IMG/VR virus record: IMGVR_UViG_2778261639_000008
Span: 1-15,090 of that record
DNA length: 15,090 nucleotides
DNA from: a virus
Lineage: Duplodnaviria; Heunggongvirae; Uroviricota; Caudoviricetes
Strand: one strand, 5' to 3'
Shown piece by piece: positions 1-8,598 of this stretch (the first letter of the stretch is position 1; each line of letters starts with the position of its first letter). Both the position numbers and the translations under genes were made by a program. The notes beneath the pieces were generated by a model. It was given only the letters and a program-made list of their open reading frames with translations. It ran no database searches and was not told the origin of the DNA.

Positions 1-97
1 CGGCCGTTTGGTAGTACTTAGGATAGCCAACCATCAGATGCTGCATTTGCATAGTGCAATCTCCCCTTACTTATCCGGAGGCAATTGCAATATCTCT

Positions 98-268
98 GTG
101 AACTTACACACTTTGTTTTACAAAGGAGTTTTTTTGTTCATCGCGATTTATATCGCGGCGCTACTGGCATATACCGCTCTAAACCGGACGCTTTGCGAAG
201 CGTCAATAGGACAGGGAGATGTGCAAGTGGCGGCAAAGTTTGCCTACGAAGCTAAGGAGAGTCGCTAA
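98..268 (+). CDS. hok: Hok/Gef-family type I toxin (small membrane host-killing peptide)
   Basis: The C-terminal 50 residues of the frame (FYKGVFLFIAIYIAALLAYTALNRTLCEASIGQGDVQVAAKFAYEAKESR) match the Hok/Gef pattern: one hydrophobic helix, then R-x-LCE, G, VAA and AYE, as in Hok [28 protein letters not shown]. The frame is open to the window edge, so the start is uncertain: GTG 98, TTG 113 (gives a 52-aa Hok-sized product) or TTG 134 (5 nt after the AAAGGAG at 122-128). Stop TAA 266-268 is followed directly by a GC hairpin. Confidence 0.6.
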   Translation: MNLHTLFYKGVFLFIAIYIAALLAYTALNRTLCEASIGQGDVQVAAKFAYEAKESR

Positions 269-272
269 ATCA

Positions 273-297
273 GGGCGGGGGTAACACCCCGCCTTTC
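273..297 (+). terminator. GC-rich hairpin immediately after the hok-like stop (mRNA 3' stem-loop or weak intrinsic terminator)
   Basis: GGCGGGG (274-280) pairs with CCCCGCC (287-293) around a 6-nt loop, followed by TTTCT. The U-tract is short, so this may be a stabilising 3' structure rather than an efficient terminator. Confidence 0.45.
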
Positions 298-330
298 TGA
301 CTGCGATCCACAGCCTGAGCACCTTTAAAC

Positions 331-360
331 GCCGCTCCTTCGGGGGCGGCTTTTCTTTAT
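331..360 (+). terminator. Rho-independent terminator
   Basis: GCCGCTCC (331-338), TTCG tetraloop, GGGGCGGC (343-350): an 8-bp stem with one G-U wobble, followed by TTTTCTTTAT. Confidence 0.65.
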
Positions 361-489
361 CTGCTGTTACCTCTCGCACAATCTTTTGTCTTATCTCATC
401 AAAAAACCATAATGGCATCTGCCACGGACAGGTAGCGAACTGCCTGTTTAACTGACTTTTAGCCATTGCATTACTCTTTGTGATGTTGA

Positions 490-523
490 GCCATTCCGCC
501 CCCGGAGTGGCTTTTTTTATTTG
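490..523 (+). terminator. Rho-independent terminator
   Basis: GCCATTCCG (490-498), loop CCCC, CGGAGTGGC (503-511): a 9-bp stem with one G-U wobble, followed by TTTTTTTATTTG. Confidence 0.65.
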
Positions 524-600
524 TACTACACGCCAGCGGTAACGCTGTTTTTGATCCTCCTTTTTCCTCGCTACGCTGCAAGCCTCACAAAGGGGGCGTT

Positions 601-1146
601 GTGACCATAAAAATAAGTAAACGAGATGATGTGTTTGCAAAGCTGGTAGCCAGTGAGCGGGAAGCGCCTGGATTCAGCTATGCAAAATCTCGCAACAGAG
701 AATACAAAGGTTTCAATGATGATTATCAGGCTGAAAAGTTGCTTAAAGACAACGAGATACAACAGGCCGTTAGCGTTTATCGAAAACACATCATTGCTAA
801 AGATATTGTTGGCAGACAGGAGGCATTGATTGACCTTTCAGCCCGTTTCCGTGCGCCAGACTCAACAGCGGTAATGCTGGAGTTACAGGCACTGGAGAAG
901 TTGCGCCTTGAACCGGAAGTGTTCCGTAGCCGTCTGGCGGCAATCGACACCAGAGCCATAAAAAATATCAAACGCACAAAGCATGGCTGGCAGGTTGAAG
1001 GGCTTGATAAATCACACCTTGCGGCGCGGATACTTTCGCTGGCGGGTGTTGATGTAAGTAAACCAATAACTGACGAGGGCAAACGAATCGCGCGAGACAC
1101 GCTGACTGAAATCTACAGGGATATTGGCGGCGATGACAGCGATTGA
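601..1146 (+). CDS. terS: Putative terminase small subunit
   Basis: 181-aa ORF with GTG start 6 nt after the AGGGGG Shine-Dalgarno at 591-596. Its stop overlaps the start of the large terminase gene (ATG 1133), the usual terS-terL arrangement. Assignment rests on position and size; I did not recognise a specific family from the sequence. Confidence 0.55.
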   Translation: MTIKISKRDDVFAKLVASEREAPGFSYAKSRNREYKGFNDDYQAEKLLKDNEIQQAVSVYRKHIIAKDIVGRQEALIDLSARFRAPDSTAVMLELQALEKLRLEPEVFRSRLAAIDTRAIKNIKRTKHGWQVEGLDKSHLAARILSLAGVDVSKPITDEGKRIARDTLTEIYRDIGGDDSD

Positions 1147-2542
1147 AATAACGCCAGAGAACGACCTAGAGCGCCGTAATTACTGGCTTTCTGACAAAAA
1201 GAAAATGTCAGAGTGGCGGCGAACAATGCGAGAGCTGACCACTAAGCCGCACCGCGTAAAGTGTCTGCGTGGTGGTCGTGGTTCCAGTAAATCATGGCGC
1301 ATTGCTGAGGCGTTAATTGAGTTGACTGTGCGTTATGACCTTCGAATTCTCTGTTTGCGTAGGGTACAGAAATCTATAGACGCGTCATCGCATAAGCTAC
1401 TTAGCGACACGATACGCCGTCTTGGTTATGAGTCTGAATTCACGATAACGCAGAACAGCATAAAGGCTAAATCTGGCGCGGAATTCAGGTTTTTGGGCTT
1501 TCAGTCAAATCTCGACAGCATTAAATCCATTGAAGGTGTGGATATTTGCTGGGTGGAGGAAGCACACGCGATATCTGCTGAGGCATGGGAAACGCTTGCA
1601 CCAACACTACGCCGTGAAGGGGCTGAGTTGTGGATTACCTTTAACCCGGCTTTCGCATGGGATGAAACATACGTTCGTTTCGTGCTCAACGCGGAGGATG
1701 ACTGGTTTGTAGAGGAGGTGAACTGGTATCACAACCCGTACTTTAATTCGACTCTGGATAAAGAGCGACGCTACACCCTGAAATATTACCCGGATAAATA
1801 CGACAACATCTGGAATGGTGTTCCTGTCAGTGATTTACCGGGTGCTGTCGTCAATCGTGGTCATCTTGAAAGGCTGGTGGTGTCGCCTGATTCAAAACTG
1901 GCGAAAGCCTGTCGAACTGGCGTTAAAACAGTGGTGCTCGATGTTGCCGATGAAGGTGATGATGATTCGGTGTTGTCTTTCTTTGACGGGCGTTTTTTGT
2001 ACCGTATGGAGCGATTACAGGCACGTGACACTGTTCAGCTAGCGCAGCAGGCGTTAAAGCTGGCAGCAGAGGAAGGTTGTTCCGTACTGATTTATGACTC
2101 TGTAGGCGTTGGTTCAGGTGTTAAAGGCGAACTTAACAAATACGAAGATTCAGACATTGAATTTCGTAAGTTTGTGGCTCAGGGCGAAGTGTTGCGCAAA
2201 AAATCCCGCTATCGCGGGGGGAGAGCCAACGAAGATACTTTTCACAACCTACGTGCTCAAGCGTGGTGGGCGTATCGTGACGCGGTTAATGACTCTGTGC
2301 GGTGGATGGAAACGGGAATTATGCCGCCAGATGGCTTATTTGCTATTTCAGACCAGATACCACGCCGATATCTCGATCGCATCCTTTCTGATTCTACTGG
2401 CGTCATGTGGGAAACCACGCCAGAAGACAAGATAAAAATTGAAGCAAAACCAAAGGTTAAAAAACGGCTGGGTGTGTCCACGGACTATGCCGACGCCATA
2501 TTCCCCCATCTGGTACGCATGAAATCAGGAATTATAGAATGA
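1133..2542 (+). CDS. terL: Terminase large subunit (PBSX / phage_term_2-type ATPase-nuclease)
   Basis: Deviant Walker A box LRGGRGSSKSW near the N-terminus and a Walker B-like acidic motif (VDICWVEEAH), with a C-terminal acidic nuclease region (VLDVADEGDDDS); 469 aa. The first ATG is at 1133, overlapping the terS stop; the track start at 1124 is a TTG. Ends in an ATGA overlap with the portal gene. Confidence 0.9.
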   Translation: MTAIEITPENDLERRNYWLSDKKKMSEWRRTMRELTTKPHRVKCLRGGRGSSKSWRIAEALIELTVRYDLRILCLRRVQKSIDASSHKLLSDTIRRLGYESEFTITQNSIKAKSGAEFRFLGFQSNLDSIKSIEGVDICWVEEAHAISAEAWETLAPTLRREGAELWITFNPAFAWDETYVRFVLNAEDDWFVEEVNWYHNPYFNSTLDKERRYTLKYYPDKYDNIWNGVPVSDLPGAVVNRGHLERLVVSPDSKLAKACRTGVKTVVLDVADEGDDDSVLSFFDGRFLYRMERLQARDTVQLAQQALKLAAEEGCSVLIYDSVGVGSGVKGELNKYEDSDIEFRKFVAQGEVLRKKSRYRGGRANEDTFHNLRAQAWWAYRDAVNDSVRWMETGIMPPDGLFAISDQIPRRYLDRILSDSTGVMWETTPEDKIKIEAKPKVKKRLGVSTDYADAIFPHLVRMKSGIIE

Positions 2543-3891
2543 CGAACAAAACCAGCTTAATTCCCACTGAGGGAATTCTAACAAAAGAGGGCTTACAGCC
2601 TGCCAGCTATAACATTGACAGCTACGTAACCATGATGGAAAGCGTGTCACATGGTGTTAAAGGTGCTGCCGGGATGGGTTCGCCAACGGCAAATCGGATG
2701 AAGGCCAGAGCCGCAGAGGGAAAAATTCCACTGGTGGCGGCTCTGGCTGGCGAAACATCCGGGATAGGCTGGCGCATCATCAGCGAACCGGTTGCTGCAG
2801 CGATGCTAAACGGGTTCGATATCATCACCGATAAACCGGAGGATGATAAAAAAATAAAGCAACTGTTTGATGATATGCGCATCTGGCAGAGCGTCGAACG
2901 CGCCACTGTGCTTAAACGTCATCAGGGCTGGTCGGTGCTGGTCATGGGTGATGATTGGGTTAGAAGCCATGGCGCAAACTGGATTACACCGTCAAATGAT
3001 TGGTTTTCTGATTATAACGACCCGCTTTTCGGTCTGCCGGAAGGCTGGCGTATTCAGCTTAAAAGCCCGATTGGTGGCGAGGTTTTTATTGAGCAAGACG
3101 ATTCACTACTTTTTGGCGATCCAGAGTACCAGCCGATTTACGGTAGTGCAGGTGTCGAATTTGGCGAGCCGGTTCTCTGTAAACCTTATGCATCATTGCA
3201 GCGTCTTGGCCTGTCTCATGAGTTAATCATCAGCATTCTGTCCCTGTCCGTACAGGATATTTATAAAAAAGATGAACTTGCAGAGGATTTAAAGTCAGCG
3301 AAAGGTGAAGCTATGGTGGCGCGTCGTCTGGCTGGTATCGCTGCTACCAGGCATTTGAATGACATGGTGGCAATTGATAAAGATGAAGAAATTACCCGTT
3401 TACAGTCCAGTATGACGGGAACCGCAGACCTTGTTGATATGGCTATCAAGCTGGTGTGCGCCGAAACAGGTTTCCCGGTATCAATGCTGGCTGAACGGCG
3501 GTCAGGACTGTCTAACAGTGATACCAGCGCAGATGCACAATGGCAAAACCTTGTTTCTCACATCACCACCAATGACATTATCCCGGCACTTAAAAAGCTG
3601 ACGTTGCGCTATTTGGGCGTAAAAGCTGACTTTATTCCTAACAAATCTCAGGGGCAGATTGACCGAGAGGTAGACAGGGACAAGAAAGTAGCGGAAACCG
3701 CGCAGATTTATTACCAGATGAGAGCCATCACCAGCGAAGAAGCCAGGGCAACAGCGAAGGAAACAGCCGCCGTAACACTCCTGACTGAGGCAGCGCCAGC
3801 AACAGGCACTATTGATGACCAGAATGACAAGGATTTGAACCAGAACGATACCGAAACCAGCAATAGTGAGGCCAATAATGCCGAAAAGTGA
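2539..3891 (+). CDS. Portal protein
   Basis: 450-aa ORF directly after terL and directly before a Mu F-like gene (SPP1-like order terL, portal, gp7-like). The acidic, low-complexity C-terminal tail (DDQNDKDLNQNDTETSNSEANNAEK) is typical of portals. I think it is the DUF1073-type portal family but cannot verify this without a search. Confidence 0.75.
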   Translation: MTNKTSLIPTEGILTKEGLQPASYNIDSYVTMMESVSHGVKGAAGMGSPTANRMKARAAEGKIPLVAALAGETSGIGWRIISEPVAAAMLNGFDIITDKPEDDKKIKQLFDDMRIWQSVERATVLKRHQGWSVLVMGDDWVRSHGANWITPSNDWFSDYNDPLFGLPEGWRIQLKSPIGGEVFIEQDDSLLFGDPEYQPIYGSAGVEFGEPVLCKPYASLQRLGLSHELIISILSLSVQDIYKKDELAEDLKSAKGEAMVARRLAGIAATRHLNDMVAIDKDEEITRLQSSMTGTADLVDMAIKLVCAETGFPVSMLAERRSGLSNSDTSADAQWQNLVSHITTNDIIPALKKLTLRYLGVKADFIPNKSQGQIDREVDRDKKVAETAQIYYQMRAITSEEARATAKETAAVTLLTEAAPATGTIDDQNDKDLNQNDTETSNSEANNAEK

Positions 3892-5233
3892 ACCACGTTA
3901 TGACGCTGGTTATCCACTGGCTATAGAACTGGTTTACGCGCAAAAGCTGGCTGATAACACCCGGCTTTTTTGTAAATGGGTTCGCGAAGCCTGTTTAAAG
4001 ACTTACCGGGCAATCGGTAAATCCGGCGCACTTCTTAATACTGATGCGGCTGATGGTAAAGATGTATCCGTTGATGATGTGCTGGGGGATTTTATTGCCG
4101 CTGCAACGGTTAAAAAAGTGCGCGTTTTTATCAAGCAACGGGCGGGTAAAAACTACTCCCGCATGACGCGTGAGCAACAAGAAAGGCTTATACGGTCTGT
4201 AACTCAGGAGTTATTGCCTGATGCGTCCATTTTCCTCAAAGCAATACCGGCATTATTAAAAGACGGGGAGTTTGGCGCGGTTCCGGCGTATATCGTCAGT
4301 GAAGTCAGAAGGCAGGCAGGTATAAATCTGGCTAAAGATTTTGCCAGAGTAACAAACACTGAGCCTGATACTTATATTCGCATCATTAACCGCACAGCCG
4401 ATGACATACAGAGCGCTATCGCAAACGGGAGTTTTGGTTTCACCGATGAATACTGGCAAAGCTATTACCAGCGCTTCCGCGTTGATGGCGTAAGCCTGAT
4501 TGACCTGAAAAAAGGGTTGCCAGCCACGCCAGACACGGCGGGGGCAGTCTCCGAACAGGTAGCAAAGTTATCTGAATCACTACGCACAACCAGTGTTATC
4601 CCGTCACTGCCAGCGATAAATACCACCACAACGCAACTTACCGATTCTGCTCTGGATGATTTCAGACTCATCATTAAAGCCGCCGCAAATGTTGACCTTG
4701 CGCCGGGTATAACTATTCCGCATGAGAACATGGCAGACCTGATAGCGGTCGATATTTATGACGGTGATAAAAAGCTATTGCAGCAAACCGCCGACTGGTT
4801 AACCGAGAGCATGGGACGTATGGAGAATGTTTCTGATGAAGCACTTCAACGCGGGATTAACACAGTACAACAGGGGTTACGCGAGGGGCGCGGCGTCGAT
4901 TACATCGCTAATAAGCTGGCTGATGAAATGGAGATACCTTTCCGGCGAGCCCGTAACGTTGCCCGTAATGAGATTGGTAATCAGGCATGGAACCTTGAGG
5001 AAGCCAATGCACGTATTGCCGGGATGAGCATATACCGCTGGCGGGGCATGTTAGACGAACGCGAGCGAAAAGAGCATGTTGGGCGCGAAGGTAAGGCATA
5101 CACGCCGACCAGACCGCCACGAGACGGGAATCCGGGTCAACCTAACGGTTGCCGCTGTTTTCCTGAATGGTTGTTCTCTGCGTCGGATGTGGAAGAAGCG
5201 GAGAAAGAAATTGCAGCAAGAAACACAGGTTAA
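3878..5233 (+). CDS. Head morphogenesis protein, phage Mu F-like / SPP1 gp7 family
   Basis: The C-terminal region carries the Mu F signature (RNVARNEIGNQAWNLEEANARIAGMSIYRWRGMLDERERKEHVGREGKAY). Probable start is ATG 3878, preceded by GAGG at 3868-3871; the track start at 3866 is a GTG. Overlaps the portal 3' end by 14 nt. Confidence 0.85.
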   Translation: MPKSEPRYDAGYPLAIELVYAQKLADNTRLFCKWVREACLKTYRAIGKSGALLNTDAADGKDVSVDDVLGDFIAAATVKKVRVFIKQRAGKNYSRMTREQQERLIRSVTQELLPDASIFLKAIPALLKDGEFGAVPAYIVSEVRRQAGINLAKDFARVTNTEPDTYIRIINRTADDIQSAIANGSFGFTDEYWQSYYQRFRVDGVSLIDLKKGLPATPDTAGAVSEQVAKLSESLRTTSVIPSLPAINTTTTQLTDSALDDFRLIIKAAANVDLAPGITIPHENMADLIAVDIYDGDKKLLQQTADWLTESMGRMENVSDEALQRGINTVQQGLREGRGVDYIANKLADEMEIPFRRARNVARNEIGNQAWNLEEANARIAGMSIYRWRGMLDERERKEHVGREGKAYTPTRPPRDGNPGQPNGCRCFPEWLFSASDVEEAEKEIAARNTG

Positions 5234-6224
5234 CGTTGATGCAATAAAACAATGGGAGATAACCCCGGAAGGTTATCTCCAGATTGATATCCCTATAGCC
5301 CGTCCGGGCGTACTGGTTTATGACCGCAATCGCGGTGATGCATTCACGGCAAAAGAGTACCGCTCAGCCGATGAATTGTTTAACCAGGACTCAATGAATA
5401 CCTTAATCGGCAAGCCTGTTACGGTGTCACATCCTCGTAATGGTCTGGTGACGTCAAAAAATTACCGGGCTGTCAGTGCTGGTGTGGTTACTGCCGTAAT
5501 GCGTCAGGGCGATGAATTGGTAGCCCGCGCTCTGGTTCAGGATGAGAGATCCATTCGCCTGATTCAGCAGGACAAAAGATTACGCGGGGCGTCGGCTGGC
5601 TACCAGTGTGACGAAAAGCCCAAACAAACGGGACGAGCCCCAGACGGGCAAGAGTTTGACACGGTGCAGAAGGGTATTAACTACAACCACCTGAGCATAG
5701 TGCGCAACCCACGGGTAAAGACAGCAACATTCAATCTGGACGGTGAACCGATGGAATTAGAAGAAGCGTTAGCCAAAATCGAACAACTGGAAGCGGATAA
5801 AAAAACGCTCACCAGCGACCTTAGCACGGCGCGTGGCGACTTGCTCAAAGCAAACAACCGCTTGGTAAATATGGATTCAGCCAGCAACGAAGCCTACGAG
5901 CGCGGCGTTACTGACGGTCGTCAGGAACATCAGCTTAAAGAAACAGCTAAACGACTGAACATCAATACCGACAGCCTGGGCGATATCAGTCTCGTTAAGC
6001 AGGCCATCATCCGTAAGGCAAATCCAGAAGTGAACATGGATAGCTGGAGCGATGAACAGGTTGATGTTGCGTTATCAATGGCGCTGGTGGCTTGCGGTAA
6101 AAAGTTTGAGCAAAAGCCGCGTAATCCACGCATCAACAACGATGAATCAGGTGCAGGCAAAAGTAATGATGCGCACAGTGATTATCAGTCCCGCATGTTT
6201 GGCAAAAAAGAGGCCGCAAAATAA
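5187..6224 (+). CDS. Putative scaffold / prohead core protein (DUF2213-like)
   Basis: Sits between the Mu F-like gene and the capsid gene. The C-terminal third is coiled-coil-like and charged (ELEEALAKIEQLEADKKTLTSDLSTARGDLLKANNRL), as in scaffolding proteins. The track ORF begins at 5076 inside the Mu F gene; the likely start is ATG 5187 or TTG 5211, the latter preceded by GGAG. Confidence 0.6.
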   Translation: MWKKRRKKLQQETQVNVDAIKQWEITPEGYLQIDIPIARPGVLVYDRNRGDAFTAKEYRSADELFNQDSMNTLIGKPVTVSHPRNGLVTSKNYRAVSAGVVTAVMRQGDELVARALVQDERSIRLIQQDKRLRGASAGYQCDEKPKQTGRAPDGQEFDTVQKGINYNHLSIVRNPRVKTATFNLDGEPMELEEALAKIEQLEADKKTLTSDLSTARGDLLKANNRLVNMDSASNEAYERGVTDGRQEHQLKETAKRLNINTDSLGDISLVKQAIIRKANPEVNMDSWSDEQVDVALSMALVACGKKFEQKPRNPRINNDESGAGKSNDAHSDYQSRMFGKKEAAK

Positions 6225-7015
6225 TGCAGACCACAATTAAAGGTGATTTTGACGCGGGATTGCCCGGTGATTTAGCTGTCCTGCCGTCTTTTCGTTCCTC
6301 TGCTCGCGTATCTTCCCGCCGCGCTGGTGGTGAAGTTGCGCCCGGTGATGCAGTAAAACTCACGTCAGGTAACGATTCGACCTGTGTTGCATTACCTGAT
6401 GGTGGTGATGTTACTGATGCCATCGGCATTGCGGTTACTGCACATTCCAACATGTCAGCCATGCCGGGATTTGGCAGTAACACCCGTATCGGCGTTGTCA
6501 CTATCAATTGCCCGATTGGTATCGTTGAAAATGGTCCGATCCGCGTAGCGGTAAAATCGGGTGAATCCCCGAAAGTGGGTGATTTGGCAATCCCGAAAGG
6601 CCGAAACGTCACTACCGGCTATATGGAATGGGGTGTTGCCAATTCTGGCGATAAAAGTCGTTTTCGCTTCGAATCAAACACTCAGCGCGGCGGTACAGCA
6701 ATTGTGATGGTTGTCGATGGTGAATTGCTGAGTGTGGGTTTTCCACATGAAACGCCTGTAATGGGTGTATCAGTTTCACCTAAAACCGCATCAAAGGCGG
6801 CTGGTGGTACTCAACAGCTAACACCAACCGTTACGCCATCGGGCGCAACAAATAAAGCAGTCACTTATCAGACCAGTAATGCAAATGTCGCAACTGTAGA
6901 CGCAAATGGCCTTGTCACTGTTAAAGCAGGGGCTACAACCGGGCAAACCGCGACAATTACGGTACGAACTGAAGACGGTGGTTTCACTGATACCGCTGTA
7001 ATTACTGTTAGCTAA
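6224..7015 (+). CDS. Capsid decoration-like protein with C-terminal bacterial Ig-like (Big_2) domain
   Basis: The C-terminal ~85 aa (VSVSPKTASKAAGGTQQLTPTVTPSGATNKAVTYQTSNANVATVDANGLVTVKAGATTGQTATITVRTEDGGFTDTAVITV) match the Big_2 Ig-like consensus closely. TAATG overlap with the upstream gene. Located between the scaffold and major capsid genes. Confidence 0.7.
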   Translation: MQTTIKGDFDAGLPGDLAVLPSFRSSARVSSRRAGGEVAPGDAVKLTSGNDSTCVALPDGGDVTDAIGIAVTAHSNMSAMPGFGSNTRIGVVTINCPIGIVENGPIRVAVKSGESPKVGDLAIPKGRNVTTGYMEWGVANSGDKSRFRFESNTQRGGTAIVMVVDGELLSVGFPHETPVMGVSVSPKTASKAAGGTQQLTPTVTPSGATNKAVTYQTSNANVATVDANGLVTVKAGATTGQTATITVRTEDGGFTDTAVITVS

Positions 7016-7032
7016 CAGGGAACCTCCGAAAT

Positions 7033-7971
7033 ATGAATGAGAAATATTTAGCCGCGTTGATGGCGCAGCTTTTTACCGAAGCTCAGGTAACTGGCGCAAT
7101 GCCGGGAGTTAACACCGACGAACAAGGGTTAATTTTTGCCCGCGACCTGATATCCATGTCTAAAGATGTTTACATGGAAGAAATGCCCGCCCCCGTAGCG
7201 TTAACTATGTTCCAGCAGGAGCCGGGGATTAACGAAGGGGCAAAGTGGGCGGGGTATCGCATGTACTCGGCACAAGGAATGGCAAAAATCATGGCGGCAT
7301 TCGGTACTGATATGCCGATGATGAGCGCTAAAGGCCGGGAATACTTCGCGCTGATGTACGATATTGGTCTCGGCTATGGCTATACCTATAGCGACGTTAT
7401 GGCAGCGGCAATGTCAGGTACGCCGCTTGATAACATGCTGGCGCTGAATACCCGCGAAGCGCATGAGCGCACAGTTTCAAATCTGTTGTGGCGTGGCAAT
7501 AAGGAATACCAGATTATCGGCTTTATCGAACATCCGAATATTCCTCTGGTAGCAGTAGCCGGTGCATGGGCGACGGCTGACGGTGATAAAATTTGCGATG
7601 ATGTTTCAGCGATTATCGCCGCAGTGAACACCACCAAAATCTACGAAGTAAATGAGTTCCATATGCCGTCTAAGGCATGGGCGCGAATTCAGGGGCTACG
7701 CCTTAGCGGTACGATCGGCACAGTCCTGTCATTCCTGCGAACCTCTTACCCGGAAGTGACTTTCCGCAAAAACTCCGATCTGGATGATGACGGTATTTGT
7801 ATTGCGCTGGCGAATAACCGCCGCCACTTTGCACAGGCTACCCCGGTATTGTTCCGTCAGTTGCCAGTGCAGCGTAGTGGGCTTGACCTGTCTATTCCTT
7901 GCCTGTCGCGCTCCGCTGGCGTAATCGTCCGTGCGCCGCTGGCTGCTGCTAAATCTTCTAAGGTAATTTAA
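7033..7971 (+). CDS. Putative major capsid protein
   Basis: 312-aa ORF at the position of the major capsid gene in scaffold, decoration, capsid order. I believe it is DUF2184-type, which typically accompanies DUF2213, but that needs an HMM search. Confidence 0.6.
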   Translation: MNEKYLAALMAQLFTEAQVTGAMPGVNTDEQGLIFARDLISMSKDVYMEEMPAPVALTMFQQEPGINEGAKWAGYRMYSAQGMAKIMAAFGTDMPMMSAKGREYFALMYDIGLGYGYTYSDVMAAAMSGTPLDNMLALNTREAHERTVSNLLWRGNKEYQIIGFIEHPNIPLVAVAGAWATADGDKICDDVSAIIAAVNTTKIYEVNEFHMPSKAWARIQGLRLSGTIGTVLSFLRTSYPEVTFRKNSDLDDDGICIALANNRRHFAQATPVLFRQLPVQRSGLDLSIPCLSRSAGVIVRAPLAAAKSSKVI

Positions 7972-7974
7972 GTC

Positions 7975-8229
7975 ATGGCTGATAAAGAAAAAGCGTTTCT
8001 GACCAACACCACACAAGCGCCGATTCATATCGGTGCAAAAAACAGTGAAGGGACTGTTATCACCATTTCGATTGCTCCGCTTGCCGCTGTAGAAGTTGAT
8101 ATAGCAACGCTGCAAATCGGCGGTGTTAAGCAGTTTATTGATGAAGGCTGGTTAAAAGTAGTTTCAGCCGCAGAAGCCAAAAAGCTCAACAAAGAGCACG
8201 ATGGCGTAGTTGAATCCGACGACGAGTAG
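7975..8229 (+). CDS. Small phage structural/head-associated protein, function unknown
   Basis: 84-aa ORF starting 4 nt after the capsid stop, with an acidic C-terminus; co-directional and tightly packed with its neighbours. Confidence 0.5.
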   Translation: MADKEKAFLTNTTQAPIHIGAKNSEGTVITISIAPLAAVEVDIATLQIGGVKQFIDEGWLKVVSAAEAKKLNKEHDGVVESDDE

Positions 8230-8238
8230 GGGCACAGC

Positions 8239-8598
8239 ATGACGGTAAACGATTGGCTTGCCATTCTGCTACCGGGGTTATCACTTGATGAGGGCGCTAT
8301 TAGCGCCCTTTCTTCTCAATGTGAGCGGCTATACGACCTTCGAGCCGCAGCGGATTACGGTTATGACGTAGAGCGCCTCAAAGCGCTGTATGTTGCCGCT
8401 AATCTCGCCCCGATAGCTGTTGAGGGAATAAGCGCCAGTGTTCGCGGGGTGGCAAGCCGCCGTGAAGGGAAAGTTGCAATGACCTTTACTGAGTCAGCAC
8501 AAAAGGCAGGCTGGCAGGGTACTACGTGGGGTGAGGAATTCTCAGACGCTATAGGCACATTGTCTGGTGGTTGTATTCTCATCGGTCATGCCGATTAG
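8239..8598 (+). CDS. Putative head-tail connector/adaptor protein
   Basis: 119-aa ORF at the head-completion position, with GGGG 8 nt upstream of the ATG. Family membership not verified. Confidence 0.5.
   Translation: MTVNDWLAILLPGLSLDEGAISALSSQCERLYDLRAAADYGYDVERLKALYVAANLAPIAVEGISASVRGVASRREGKVAMTFTESAQKAGWQGTTWGEEFSDAIGTLSGGCILIGHAD

Noticed and set aside
8-268. Full 86-aa track ORF as the hok-like protein (start at position 8)
   Set aside because: Position 8 is a TTG in a frame that is open to the window edge. Hok-family toxins are ~50 aa with the helix near the N-terminus, so the N-terminal 30-35 residues are most likely untranslated leader; a start at 98, 113 or 134 fits better.
203-640. 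145-aa minus-strand ORF spanning the hok 3' end, all three terminator hairpins and the terS start
   Set aside because: It runs antisense through palindromic terminator sequence (which reads open in both directions), has no recognisable motif, and overlaps two better-supported plus-strand genes.
1501-2481. Several 60-108 aa ORFs on both strands within terL (1501-1689 minus, 1530-1712, 1815-2042 and 2109-2435 plus, 2257-2481 minus)
   Set aside because: All are embedded in alternative frames of a well-supported terminase gene, with no ribosome-binding sites or motifs.
5076-5186. N-terminal 37 codons of the track ORF 5076-6224 (scaffold-like gene)
   Set aside because: This part overlaps the 3' end of the Mu F-like gene out of frame and begins MLGAKVRHTRRPDRHETG, which looks like read-through. 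ATG 5187 or TTG 5211 are more plausible starts.
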